The notes under the pieces are model-generated. The model was not told where the DNA came from, did not search any database, and saw nothing but the letters and a program-made list of their open reading frames with translations. A DNA stretch of 64,000 nucleotides from Candidatus Kuenenia stuttgartensis (GTDB lineage: Bacteria > Planctomycetota > JAKEIC01 > DYIT01): positions 29,893 through 93,892 of the forward strand of contig DYIT01000003.1 in NCBI GenBank assembly GCA_020723505.1, in the 5' to 3' direction. Made by a program: the position numbers and the translations under genes. Shown one piece after another: positions 37,630 through 47,790 of this stretch. Position 1 is the first letter of the stretch. The number at the start of each line of letters is the position of its first letter.

Positions 37630-37654
37630 CCGTTCGCCGGCTTGCAGGTGGGAA

Positions 37655-39658
37655 ATGATTGAAAACAACACGATTTTCCTGATTCCGCTCATGCCCCTGG
37701 TGGGGTTCCTGATAAACGGGCTCCTCGGAAAGGGGCTCCGCCGCAGCACGATTGGCATGGTGGCGTGCGCCATGCCGGTAATCTCGTTCGCCGTGGCTCT
37801 CTCCCTCTTCATCAAGTTCTCGCAGTTCGGCCTGGAATGCGACCTGACGTTCCGGCAGATTATGATTCCGTGGATTGGCGTGGGCAGCATCGGCGTCCCG
37901 TTCGGCTTCGCGGTCGACCACCTCACGATTGCCATGACGCTCATGATTACCGGCGTAGGTTCGCTGATTCACATCTACGCAACGGGCTACATGTCCCACG
38001 ACCGCTCGCCAGAGCGGTTCTTCGCATACATGAACCTGTTCATGTTCTCCATGCTGGTCCTTGTGCTGGCCGACAACATCCTTCTCATGTTCGTCGGGTG
38101 GGAGGGCGTCGGGCTCTGCTCCTACCTGCTCATCGGGTACTGGTACGAGGACATCCTGAACGCCAAAGCGGGCAAGAAGGCGTTCGTCACGAACAGGGTC
38201 GGCGACTTCGGGTTCCTCCTGGGCATCCTGCTCATCTTCGCGCTCATGACCGGGAACGGTACGCCGTCGCTCTCGTTCGCGAAGATTAACGAGGTCATCC
38301 CGAAATTCGCGCCGGTCACGTATGAGGTGCCCGTGATAGGCGGGTCAATCGGCGCGGTGACGCTGATTTGCCTCCTCCTGTTCGTGGGAGCCGCGGGAAA
38401 GTCCGCGCAGATACCCCTGTACGTCTGGCTCCCGGACGCCATGGCCCGCCCCACTCCGGTCAGCGCCCTCATACACGCCGCCACGATGGTCACGTCCGGC
38501 GTGTACATGATTGCGAGGCTCGCGCCGGTGTTCATGGCCAGCCCCGCGGCGCTCTCCGTGGTGGCAACCATAGGCGCGGTCACGGCACTCTTCGCGGCCA
38601 CGATAGCCGTGACACAGAACGACATCAAGAAAGTGCTCGCGTATTCCACGATTTCGCAGCTCGGATACATGTTCCTCGCCATGGGCGTGGCCGCCTTCGG
38701 GGCGGGCATCTTCCACCTCATAACCCACGCGTTCTTCAAGGCCTGCCTCTTCCTCTGCGCGGGCTCCGTGATGCACGCCATGGCAGGCGAGCTCGACATG
38801 CAGAAGATGGGCGGGCTCCGGAAATGGATGCCGATTACTTTCTGGACAATGCTGGTTTCCACCATGGCCATTTCCGGCTGGCCCCTGTTCGCCGGGTTCT
38901 TCTCAAAGGACGAAATCCTGTGGAAGACCCTCGAAAAGGGCATGACTTCGCAACAGGGGACGCTCTTCTACGTACTGTACGGCATCGGCCTGCTCGCCGC
39001 GGTGTTCACGGCGTTCTACATGTTCAGGCTCGTCGTGCTCACGTTCCTGGGCAAGCCGAGGATGAGCGAGGAGACGCAGAAGCACCTGCACGAGTCGCCG
39101 AGCTCCATGACGATTCCGCTGATGATCCTCGCCTTCCTGGCGGCGGTCGGCGGGTTCATGTGGCTCCCGGGCGTGATAGGCCACGGCAAGTTCGCGTGGT
39201 TCCACGATTTCCTGGCCATCCGCGAGCCGGCGGCGCACGGGGCGCACGACATGGCCGGGGCGGAATGGACCTCGCTAGCGCTGTCGGTCGCGCTCGCGCT
39301 CGGAGCCTCCGGCCTGTCATACCTCGTCTACACCCGCGGAAGGTCCGCGGTCGAGAAGCTCGCCAAGACAGTGTACCTCACGAGGGCCATGTACAGGTTC
39401 TCGCTGAACAAGTACTGGGTCGACGAGATTTACGAGGCGTTCGTCATAAAGCCGATTTACTACGGGTCCATAGCCCTGTGGCTCTTCGTGGACGTGGTCA
39501 TCATCGACGGCCTCGTGAACCTCGCGGGCATCCTCGTGAAATGGGGCAGCACGATTTTCCGCAATCTCCAGACCGGATTCATCGGGTCCTACGCCGTGAC
39601 CGTGCTGGTGGGGGTCCTTGTAGTCCTTTGGTACCTCATTCTCCAGGTTTTGAAGTAG
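37655..39658 (+). CDS. nuoL: NADH-quinone oxidoreductase subunit L.
   Basis: 667-aa antiporter-like subunit (...LHIYATGYMSHD...WLPDAMARPTPVSALIHAATMVTSGVYM...). Confidence 0.9.
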   Translation: MIENNTIFLIPLMPLVGFLINGLLGKGLRRSTIGMVACAMPVISFAVALSLFIKFSQFGLECDLTFRQIMIPWIGVGSIGVPFGFAVDHLTIAMTLMITGVGSLIHIYATGYMSHDRSPERFFAYMNLFMFSMLVLVLADNILLMFVGWEGVGLCSYLLIGYWYEDILNAKAGKKAFVTNRVGDFGFLLGILLIFALMTGNGTPSLSFAKINEVIPKFAPVTYEVPVIGGSIGAVTLICLLLFVGAAGKSAQIPLYVWLPDAMARPTPVSALIHAATMVTSGVYMIARLAPVFMASPAALSVVATIGAVTALFAATIAVTQNDIKKVLAYSTISQLGYMFLAMGVAAFGAGIFHLITHAFFKACLFLCAGSVMHAMAGELDMQKMGGLRKWMPITFWTMLVSTMAISGWPLFAGFFSKDEILWKTLEKGMTSQQGTLFYVLYGIGLLAAVFTAFYMFRLVVLTFLGKPRMSEETQKHLHESPSSMTIPLMILAFLAAVGGFMWLPGVIGHGKFAWFHDFLAIREPAAHGAHDMAGAEWTSLALSVALALGASGLSYLVYTRGRSAVEKLAKTVYLTRAMYRFSLNKYWVDEIYEAFVIKPIYYGSIALWLFVDVVIIDGLVNLAGILVKWGSTIFRNLQTGFIGSYAVTVLVGVLVVLWYLILQVLK

Positions 39659-39670
39659 CAAGAGAACAAC

Positions 39671-41290
39671 ATGCTTTCAAACATACCGCTGCTCACGACA
39701 ATCATATTCCTCCCGGCGCTCGGGGGGGCGGCCCTGCTGTTCTTCAAAAGGGAACAGGACAGGGAGATGAAGATCGTCGGGCTCATCTTCTCGCTCGTGA
39801 CGTTCCTGATTTCCCTCGCGCTGTACTTCAAGTTCCCCGGCGGCGCAGGATTCGCCTTCGTCGAGGACAGGGTCTGGATTGACGCCTTCAACATACACTA
39901 CAAGGTGGGAATCGACGGCATAAGCCTCTTCCTGGTGCTCCTCACCACCTTCCTGACACCCATCTGCGTGCTCGCGTCGTTCACCTACATCCACAAGAGG
40001 GAGAAGGAATTCTACGCGGCCCTGCTCTTCCTCGAGACCGCCATGATTGGCACCCTCTGCGCCATGGACCTGTTCATGTTCTACGTGTTCTGGGAGGCGA
40101 TGCTCATCCCCATGTACTTCCTAATCGGCGTGTGGGGGGGCGAGCGCAGGATTTACGCGGCCATCAAGTTCTTCCTGTTCACCATGGTCGGCAGCCTGCT
40201 CATGTTCGTCGCGATTCTGTACGTGTACAACGCGGCAAGGCCGCACACGTTCGACGTGGTGACCCTCTACACGGCCCTCGAGATCCTGACCCCGAAGGAG
40301 CAGTGGTGGCTGTTCCTGGCCTTCGCGTTCTCGTTCGCGATAAAGGTGCCCATGTTCCCGCTGCACACGTGGCTGCCCGACGCGCACGTCGAGGCGCCGA
40401 CCGCGGGATCCGTCATCCTCGCCGGCGTGCTGCTGAAGATGGGGACCTACGGCTTCCTCAGGTTCGCCATACCGTTCTTCCCGGGCGCGCTGGTCCACGG
40501 GTTCACAATCCCGGTCCTGGGAGTGGACGCGAACTTCCTCGGGTGCTTCACCGTGCTCGCGGTCGTCGGCATCATCTACGGCGCTCTCATGGCCCTCGCC
40601 CAGGACGACATGAAGAAGCTCATCGCCTACTCGTCCGTGAGCCACCTGGGGTTCGTCATGCTCGGGCTCTTCGCGCTCAACGTCGAGGGCGTCACCGGCG
40701 GCCTGTACCAGATGCTGAACCACGGGGTCTCGACGGGCGCGCTCTTCCTCATAGTGGGCATCCTCTACGAGAGGCGCCATACCCGCGAGATTTCCGAATA
40801 CGGCGGAATCGCGCGCAAGGTGCCGGTGTTCGCCGCGATATACATGATTGTGACCCTCTCCTCGATCGGCTTGCCGCTCACAAACGGGTTCGTCGGCGAG
40901 TTCACCATACTCCTCGGCGCGTTCATGGCCGATCCGTGGTACGCGGTGTTCGCGGCCTCGGGCGTCGTGCTCGGCGCGGTCTACATGCTGTGGCTCTACC
41001 AGCGGGTCATGTTCGGCAAGCTCAATCCGGCGAACAACGACCTGACCGACGTCAACCCCAGGGAGATTGCATACATGGTCCCGCTCATCGTGATGATCTT
41101 CGTGATGGGCGTCTTCCCGGGCCTTTTCTTCAGGAAAATGGAGCCCTCGGTCGACTATCTCCTGAGGGGGGTGGTGCGCGAGAGGCTCCTGAGCGCCGGA
41201 GCCGGCGCCCGCAAGGAAGTCGTATCCCGCTGGACGGCGGAGGCGTGCGCCCCTTCCGAATCCGCGGGCAAGACAGTTACTGACAGGTAG
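39671..41290 (+). CDS. nuoM: NADH-quinone oxidoreductase subunit M.
   Basis: 539 aa (...FYVFWEAMLIPMYFLIGVWGG...LHTWLPDAHVEAPTAGSVILAGVLLK...). Confidence 0.9.
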   Translation: MLSNIPLLTTIIFLPALGGAALLFFKREQDREMKIVGLIFSLVTFLISLALYFKFPGGAGFAFVEDRVWIDAFNIHYKVGIDGISLFLVLLTTFLTPICVLASFTYIHKREKEFYAALLFLETAMIGTLCAMDLFMFYVFWEAMLIPMYFLIGVWGGERRIYAAIKFFLFTMVGSLLMFVAILYVYNAARPHTFDVVTLYTALEILTPKEQWWLFLAFAFSFAIKVPMFPLHTWLPDAHVEAPTAGSVILAGVLLKMGTYGFLRFAIPFFPGALVHGFTIPVLGVDANFLGCFTVLAVVGIIYGALMALAQDDMKKLIAYSSVSHLGFVMLGLFALNVEGVTGGLYQMLNHGVSTGALFLIVGILYERRHTREISEYGGIARKVPVFAAIYMIVTLSSIGLPLTNGFVGEFTILLGAFMADPWYAVFAASGVVLGAVYMLWLYQRVMFGKLNPANNDLTDVNPREIAYMVPLIVMIFVMGVFPGLFFRKMEPSVDYLLRGVVRERLLSAGAGARKEVVSRWTAEACAPSESAGKTVTDR

Positions 41291-41294
41291 CCAG

Positions 41295-42818
41295 ATGGAG
41301 CATCTGATTGCTGAGATGAAACCCCTGAGCCCGGTGCTCATAGTGTTCACCGGCGCGCTGGCGGCGCTGCTGGCGGGAGTGTTCTCGAAGAAGGAGAACA
41401 GCTACGCGCTCCCGTACATCGGAATCACGACCGTTGCGTTCGCGTTCGTCGCGCTCCTCAACTACTGGGGCCGCGGAATGATCTGGCTGCTCCAGGGGGC
41501 GATACGCATCGACTCCTTCGGCCTGTACATATCCGCAATCATCCTCATCGCGTGCCTGATTACGTTCCTCGCGTCCATAGGATACGCGAAAAGGCTCGGC
41601 TTCGAGCACGGCGAGTACATAAGCCTCCTCCTTTTCGCGTCCGGCGGCATGATGCTGCTCGCCATGAGCGCCGACCTCGTGACCCTGTTCCTCAGCCTCG
41701 AAATCATGTCCATCTCGATTTACGCCCTGGCCGGAATGGCCCGGCACAGGCAGAAGTGCAACGAGGCCGCGCTCAAGTATTTCATCCTCGGGGCCTTCAG
41801 CACGGCCTTCCTGCTCTTCGGCATCGCGCTCATCTACGGGGCCACGGCCTCGACCAAGATTCACGCGATTGCCCAGGTCCAGGGATTGAAGCCGCTCCTC
41901 GTCGCGGGCCTCGGCATGCTAATCGTCGGCTTCGGCTTCAAGGTCGGCGCCGCGCCCTTCCACGTGTGGGTGCCCGACGCCTACGAGGGCGCGCCCGCCA
42001 CTGTCACCGGCTTCATGGCCGTCGCCGTCAAGGCCGCAGGCTTCGCGGCGCTCCTCAGGGTCATACTGATCGCATTCCCGGGCACGTGGGCCGAGTACTG
42101 GTGGCCCGTGTTCTGGGCGGTGGCCCTGCTGACCATGTTCCTGGGCAATATAATCGCCGTGTTCCAGAAGAACGTGAAGCGCATGCTGGCCTACTCCGGC
42201 ATCGCCCACACCGGATACATCCTCATCGGCCTCGTTTCCTTAGGCATCGCGGGGTCCGAGCCCTACATCCCGGGCATGAAGGCGCTCATGAACCCTATTG
42301 CCGGCGGGATGCTGTTCTACCTGCTCGCGTACACATTCATGACCCTCGGCGCGTTCGCGGTGATTTCCCTGGCCGCCCGCGACGAGGACGACCTCGAAAC
42401 CCTCGACGACTTCTCCGGCCTGTCCCAGCGCAAGCCCGTGGTCGCGCTCGCCATGGCCGTGTTCCTGATTTCAATGGCCGGCGTGCCCCCGTTCGGCGGG
42501 TTCATAGCCAAGTTCTACGTGTTCAAGGGGGCAATCGACGTGCAGGGCATGCTGCTCGCGTCCGGAGTGAAGGAGTACCATGCGCTGGCCCTGGCCATAC
42601 TCGGAATCATCACGAGCATGTTCTCGGTCTACTACTACCTGCGCGTGGTGTGGTTCATGTACTTCCGCGAGCCGCTCGAGGACAGGCCTTCGGTCGCGCC
42701 TTCGTGGGGACTGCACTTCGTCATCTTCGCGTCGTCCGTCGCCATCGTTGTGCTCGGCATCCTGCCTTCCGGGTTCTTCTCCGTCGCCTCGAGGGGGGCC
42801 GAAGCCCTGGTCAGGTAG
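41295..42818 (+). CDS. nuoN: NADH-quinone oxidoreductase subunit N.
   Basis: 507 aa (...LFLSLEIMSISIYALAG...FHVWVPDAYEGAPATVTGFMAV...). The start may instead be the Met at 41316. Confidence 0.9.
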   Translation: MEHLIAEMKPLSPVLIVFTGALAALLAGVFSKKENSYALPYIGITTVAFAFVALLNYWGRGMIWLLQGAIRIDSFGLYISAIILIACLITFLASIGYAKRLGFEHGEYISLLLFASGGMMLLAMSADLVTLFLSLEIMSISIYALAGMARHRQKCNEAALKYFILGAFSTAFLLFGIALIYGATASTKIHAIAQVQGLKPLLVAGLGMLIVGFGFKVGAAPFHVWVPDAYEGAPATVTGFMAVAVKAAGFAALLRVILIAFPGTWAEYWWPVFWAVALLTMFLGNIIAVFQKNVKRMLAYSGIAHTGYILIGLVSLGIAGSEPYIPGMKALMNPIAGGMLFYLLAYTFMTLGAFAVISLAARDEDDLETLDDFSGLSQRKPVVALAMAVFLISMAGVPPFGGFIAKFYVFKGAIDVQGMLLASGVKEYHALALAILGIITSMFSVYYYLRVVWFMYFREPLEDRPSVAPSWGLHFVIFASSVAIVVLGILPSGFFSVASRGAEALVR

Positions 42819-42887
42819 GCCCGTGAGCGCGGGCGAATCGGGCATGGGTCGTCCGGTCCGGCGAATCCGCTGTTTGGACGCAAACGA

Positions 42888-44294
42888 ATGGACGTGAAAA
42901 TCACTTTCCTCGGCGCGGCGAAGAACGTCACCGGCTCCAGATACCTGGTCGAGGCGGCCGGCAGGAGGCTGCTTGTAGACTGCGGCATGTACCAGGAGCG
43001 CGATCTGCTGGCGCGCAACTGGGACCCATTCCCCGTGCCTCCCGGGACCATCGACGCCGTGCTTCTCACGCATGCCCACCTCGACCACTGCGGCTTCCTG
43101 CCGAAACTGGCCATGGACGGCTTCCAGGGCCCTATTCACTGCACGGGCGCAACCGCCGAGATTGCGGTGATCGTGCTCCTCGACTCGGGAAGGCTGCAGG
43201 AAGAGGACGCGGCGAAAAAGGCGAGGCGCCACTTGAAGGAGGGCAGGAAGGGGAAGTTCCCCGAAAAACCCCTCTACACAGAAGAGGACGCTTCGAAGTG
43301 CAGCAAGCTGTTCAATCCCGCGGAGTACGGCTCGGAAATCGCGCTCGGGAACGGTCTCTCGGCGGTCTTCCGCGACGCCGGCCATATCCTCGGGTCCTCG
43401 ATGATTGAGCTCAGGGCCCGCAACGGGTCCGCAACGAAGAAAATCATCTTCTCGGGCGACATAGGCAGGCCGGGCAGGCCGATTCTCAACGATCCGACCG
43501 TCTTCGACGAGGCCGATTTCGTGCTGGTCGAGTCCACCTACGGCGACCGCCTGCACCGAGACGAGGGCGACATCGCGGACGTCATTGCGGCAGCGCTCAA
43601 CTCCGTGCGCAAGGCGGGCGGGAACATGCTGATTCCCAGCTTCGCCGTGGAACGGGCGCACGAGCTCATGTACCACTTCAATACCCTGCTCATGGCAGGC
43701 CGAATCCCGCTGGTTCCGGTGTTCATCGACAGCCCCATGGCCGTGCGCGTGACCGATGTCTTCAAGCGCCACGAGCGCCTGTACGACAAGGAAATGACCG
43801 GGCTTGTCGAAAGCGGCAGGTCGCCTTTCTCGTTCCAGGGGCTCAAGATGATCGCGAGCGTGGAGGAATCGAAGGCTCTTAACGGCCGGAAGGGCACTTC
43901 GGTGATTATCGCGGGTTCGGGAATGTGCACGGGCGGCAGAATCAAGCACCACCTCATACACAACATATCGAGGCCGGATTGCATGATTGCCTTCCCCGGA
44001 TTCCAGGCATCGGGGACGCTCGGCAGGCTGATTCTCGACGGCGCGCGCTCCGTGAGAATCCACGGAAGGGATTACCCGGTCAAGGCCAAGGTGACGCGCA
44101 TACAGGGCTTCTCCGGACATGCCGACCGGGACGAGCTGTTCGCATGGCTGTCGCACGTGAAGAACCCGAAGAGGGTATTCGTGATTCACGGCGAGCCCGA
44201 GGCGGCCGAGGCGTTCGCGCGCCACATAAGGCAGCAGCGGGCCGGATTGGACGTGAAGGTCCCGTCCTACGGCGAGTCCGCAGTCCTCGCTTGA
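42888..44294 (+). CDS. MBL-fold metallo-hydrolase, beta-CASP RNA-metabolising family (RNase J/CPSF-like).
   Basis: Metallo-beta-lactamase motif LLTHAHLDHCG, plus ...ESTYGDRLH..., and beta-CASP/RMMBL C-terminal motifs (GFSGHADRDELFAWL, VIHGEPEA). Confidence 0.85.
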   Translation: MDVKITFLGAAKNVTGSRYLVEAAGRRLLVDCGMYQERDLLARNWDPFPVPPGTIDAVLLTHAHLDHCGFLPKLAMDGFQGPIHCTGATAEIAVIVLLDSGRLQEEDAAKKARRHLKEGRKGKFPEKPLYTEEDASKCSKLFNPAEYGSEIALGNGLSAVFRDAGHILGSSMIELRARNGSATKKIIFSGDIGRPGRPILNDPTVFDEADFVLVESTYGDRLHRDEGDIADVIAAALNSVRKAGGNMLIPSFAVERAHELMYHFNTLLMAGRIPLVPVFIDSPMAVRVTDVFKRHERLYDKEMTGLVESGRSPFSFQGLKMIASVEESKALNGRKGTSVIIAGSGMCTGGRIKHHLIHNISRPDCMIAFPGFQASGTLGRLILDGARSVRIHGRDYPVKAKVTRIQGFSGHADRDELFAWLSHVKNPKRVFVIHGEPEAAEAFARHIRQQRAGLDVKVPSYGESAVLA

Positions 44295-44380
44295 CCCGAC
44301 TGCAGAAAACGCCAATGCTTTCGATCCTGATTGACCTGATTTATCTGCTGATTTACATGATTCAGCAAAAGGAGAATGCC

Positions 44381-45028
44381 ATGAGAACCATGACGGCATG
44401 TCTTTCAATCGTCCTGCTGGGTTTTTCAGGCTGCGGGCAAAATCAGGGAACTGATCAGGGCGGAGGGCAGAGCCAGGCGACCCCGGATGCCGGCAAAGCC
44501 CCGGTCCAGCCTGAGCCGGCCTCCCCGGCCGCGGGAACTCCCGCGCCTGCTCCTGCGCCTAAAACCCCGGCGCCGGCAGTCCGGCCTCCGGCCATGGAAT
44601 CCAAATCCGCTGAAGAGCTGATTGAAACGCTCAAGGCCGGCGACTCGTTTTCGAGGTCAGCTGCCGCCGAGGCGCTGGGAACCAAGGGCGATTCGAAAGC
44701 AGTTGATGCGCTTCTGGCCGCGCTCAAGGACAAGGACGAGCAGGTGAGGGCGTCGGCAGCCCATTCGCTGGGCAGGCTCAAGGACGCGAGCGCGCTGGAC
44801 GGGCTCGTTGCGGCTCTCAAGGACGAGAACCGTTTCGTGTGCGCCAACGCCGCCGAAGCGCTCGGCATCATCGGCGACGCGAAATCCGCAAGGCCCCTCG
44901 TCGCCGCGCTCGGCCACGACGATCCCGACGTCCGATTCTGGGCCTGCGACTCCCTGAAACGCATCTCCGGCAAGGACTTCGGCTACGATGCAGCCGGCTG
45001 GACGAAATGGATTTCGGAGAAGAAATGA
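44381..45028 (+). CDS. Lipoprotein with PBS-lyase HEAT-like repeats.
   Basis: The start is at 44381, with AAGGAG upstream. It has a lipobox LLGFSG|C and an Ala/Pro-rich linker. HEAT repeats follow (AAEALGTKGDSKAVDALLAALKDKDEQVRASAAHSLGRL...). Confidence 0.75.
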   Translation: MRTMTACLSIVLLGFSGCGQNQGTDQGGGQSQATPDAGKAPVQPEPASPAAGTPAPAPAPKTPAPAVRPPAMESKSAEELIETLKAGDSFSRSAAAEALGTKGDSKAVDALLAALKDKDEQVRASAAHSLGRLKDASALDGLVAALKDENRFVCANAAEALGIIGDAKSARPLVAALGHDDPDVRFWACDSLKRISGKDFGYDAAGWTKWISEKK

Positions 45029-45371
45029 GCCGGGCTAGGTTCGAGGGGGCAAGAGGGCAGGGTCTTCGACGGCCTACGGCCCTGGATTCCGGCTTCCGCC
45101 GGAATGACGGTGCGAAACGCGGGACGCGCAACGCACGAGTGGATGAGCAGGTGGGTGGATGAGTACTTGGGCGACAACTCAACCGCGAAACTAACTCAAC
45201 TCCTGTCGCGGCTTACGATTTCACCCAGCCACTACGGTCCACGGTCTTCCTTGTGGGAGCCGCCGCGACCTTCACGGCTTAAAAAGGCGGCGATTTCCTC
45301 CCCCGGCTCCGTTCGCGGCCATCCGGCGGCCACAACTGGGCCAGACTCACCGATCACCGATTCGGCATTCC

Positions 45372-47210
45372 CTACTTCACCCTCCCGTGGAAATCGACGG
45401 TGGCGACGGCGCCGAACTTGAGGTTGGTCGGCGACATGAAATTCGGTTCCACGTTGGAGACAAGAAGCCACGCCTCCGGGCCGGAGAAGGAACCGGTCCT
45501 GAAGATCGCCTTTCCGATGCGCGGCAATCCGGTGTCAAGCGCAGTGAAGGACAGCGGCGTCTCGTAATATGCGGGATGCGACCGGAACTCGCCGGTCGCG
45601 AAATTCGCAGGCAGGGAAACGACATGGGCTTTCGCGCCGTTGAAGTCGGTCACCAGCGCGTACTTCCCCCCGGGCGCCACAGACACCGATCCCGCGTAAT
45701 CATGGTCGGACCCGCAATAGGAGAACACCTGCACGGGATTGTAAGCGTTCCTGAGGGGCTTGAGTCCCGCAGCGTCGACCGGGAACTGGTTCAGGCCGGT
45801 CAAATCCACCGCATAAATCCTGCCGTAGAACGACGATCCGAGAAGCCCCGCCGTATGGCCTGCGGCGTCCACAGTGATTGCGATGTCGTCCAGCGAAGGC
45901 GCGGCAAGACCGAGGTCGATGTTCGTCCTGGCTCCGCTGCCCGGGTCCCACGAGATAATCTGGGGAACGGAGGCGTCTATGATTTCCACCGCAGCGTCCG
46001 TGTGGCTCACCAGCTGGTAGGGCGGGCTGTATCCAAAGGACGCGGACGTGCCGTAATACCCGTTGACCCCAGCTTCGGAAATCAGCACATAGTCCCTTCC
46101 TGCCTGGGTCGAGAAGTACCTGGTGACCTGGACCGGGTTCCACCTGGACGGGGTGAGCGTGGATGAGGGCGTTGCAGTCACGGGCGTTGCAAGCGAGGTA
46201 TCCACGTCGAAAACCATCACCGTCCCGGGGTTGTAAATCATGGTCTGCGGGAAACTCGAGGAGTCGTAGAGGTTCGACATGGACACGTACAGCCGTCCCT
46301 GCGTTCCCGTGCCCGGCACGTAGGCCAGGCCGGAAGGATTCGTCTGGATGAACGACGCCGCAATCGCGCTTCCGTCTGATCTCAGCGACCCCGGCGCGGG
46401 AGAATGCTGAATCGCGAGGTTCAGCACCTGCAGGAGGCTGCCGTCCTGCGGTTTGAAGACTGCCAGGTTCGCGAGATAGGGCGAATCGCTCTCGCACGAG
46501 GCCGAGATCAGGAGGAAGCCCAGCCCCGCATGAACCACGAGAAGGTCGTCCGTGGTCGCCTGGAGGCTCCAGCTGCCCCACGTGTCCCCTGCAAGGACCG
46601 CTGATCCTCCGGACTGGAGGAGGTCGGTCTTGTGAATCGTGAACGTCGCATAGAGGGTGTCCGGCCCGGGAAGGACAAGGTCCATGTTGACCGGGATTAC
46701 CCTGGCGCCGGCGGCCGCGTCCACCGTGGCTTCGTCCGTGACGAACAGTGTCCTCGACATCGTGGGATCCATTGCGACGCACATGTCCGACGGGAAGCCT
46801 GATCCCGACCGGTCCACGGCGCCGAGAGCGAAGGACGCGGAAGCGACTGCCGGATCAGCGGCATAGTTGAATCCCGCCGCCAGCAAGCACGTCTTGCCGT
46901 CAGGATTGGCAACGGTCACGTCCACGGTGCCCGCGGCATGCGCTGGAACCACGCAGGAAATCGTGCATGAGTTGACGACCTTCACGTCGGTGGCGGGCGT
47001 GGAACCGAAGGTCACGGAAGTCGTTCCCGAGACTTCGAATCCAGCCCCGGAAACCGTCACGGATACGTTGCCCGCGGTGGGGCTTTCCGAAGGCGACACG
47101 GCGTCGATGGCCGGCCCGCCCGGCGCCGGAGGCGGAGAGCTATCTTCGCTGCAGGATGACGCGGCGAGCGCAATCGCGAGAACCAGAAGTACGGCGGCAG
47201 TGCATTTCAT
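45372..47210 (-). CDS. Lipoprotein with an N-terminal IPT/TIG Ig-like domain and a C-terminal beta-propeller-like region.
   Basis: MKCTAAVLLVLAIALAASS|C lipobox. IPT-like region: VSVTVSGAGFEVSGTTSVTFGSTPATDVKVVNSCTISCVVP...VDVTVANPDG. SD GGAGGAATGGG. Confidence 0.7.
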   Translation of the reverse strand: MKCTAAVLLVLAIALAASSCSEDSSPPPAPGGPAIDAVSPSESPTAGNVSVTVSGAGFEVSGTTSVTFGSTPATDVKVVNSCTISCVVPAHAAGTVDVTVANPDGKTCLLAAGFNYAADPAVASASFALGAVDRSGSGFPSDMCVAMDPTMSRTLFVTDEATVDAAAGARVIPVNMDLVLPGPDTLYATFTIHKTDLLQSGGSAVLAGDTWGSWSLQATTDDLLVVHAGLGFLLISASCESDSPYLANLAVFKPQDGSLLQVLNLAIQHSPAPGSLRSDGSAIAASFIQTNPSGLAYVPGTGTQGRLYVSMSNLYDSSSFPQTMIYNPGTVMVFDVDTSLATPVTATPSSTLTPSRWNPVQVTRYFSTQAGRDYVLISEAGVNGYYGTSASFGYSPPYQLVSHTDAAVEIIDASVPQIISWDPGSGARTNIDLGLAAPSLDDIAITVDAAGHTAGLLGSSFYGRIYAVDLTGLNQFPVDAAGLKPLRNAYNPVQVFSYCGSDHDYAGSVSVAPGGKYALVTDFNGAKAHVVSLPANFATGEFRSHPAYYETPLSFTALDTGLPRIGKAIFRTGSFSGPEAWLLVSNVEPNFMSPTNLKFGAVATVDFHGRVK

Positions 47211-47224
47211 CTTCCCATTCCTCC

Positions 47225-47280
47225 ATAACCCGGACGTGCCGGAAACAAAGAAAAGGGTTCTTCCGGCGCGTCCGGGTTAT
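47225..47280. promoter_or_regulatory. Long inverted repeat ATAACCCGGACGTGCCGGAA–N16–TTCCGGCGCGTCCGGGTTAT (about a 20-bp stem) abutting the SD of the minus-strand lipoprotein gene.
   Basis: Seen directly, with one G·U-compatible mismatch. A variant of the same motif recurs at 47808–47868. Confidence 0.5.
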
Positions 47281-47422
47281 ATCACATGCCTCATTCCTCT
47301 TTGCTTTGCAGAGATGAGGAGGGGCAAGACGCACCACGCATGCGAGAAAACCCGGCTGCCGGAATTCCATTGTTCCCATAAAAAAACCTCTTCTCGACAT
47401 CCCGGACGTGCCGGAGCGCGGC

Positions 47423-47457
47423 GAAAAAAAAGCCGGGCCCGATGTTGGGGGCCCGGC
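47423..47457 (-). terminator. Orphan rho-independent terminator, oriented for minus-strand transcription, inside the 700-bp intergenic region.
   Basis: On the plus strand: AAAAAAAA-GCCGGGCCC-GATGTTGG-GGGCCCGGC. On the minus strand this is a GC hairpin followed by U8. No annotated minus-strand gene ends here. Confidence 0.45.
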
Positions 47458-47790
47458 ACATGCTTCGAACGAAGCCGGCACGCACTCGCCCAAATCCGGG
47501 GGTCAATATGCGGCAGCGTCCGGCAGGTCTTCTGGCTCTCGGATCATCCTCCGCCCGCCCCTTCCCGCCCAAATTGGGCAGTGGGTTCGACACGGGCTTC
47601 GTCCCCGATTACAGCGGCGGTTCCGCGACGGCATCAAACCGTCTTCCCTTTGCCGATTTCTCGGACCGGACGCGTGATTCGGTTTTTCAGAAAGTTCTCT
47701 AAATCCTCCACAGGTTCGGATTCCATGGATGCTTTTATCTCCGGGCGGATCAGGTGTCAAGCGGGAAACATGTTTTTATAATCCTGTTTT

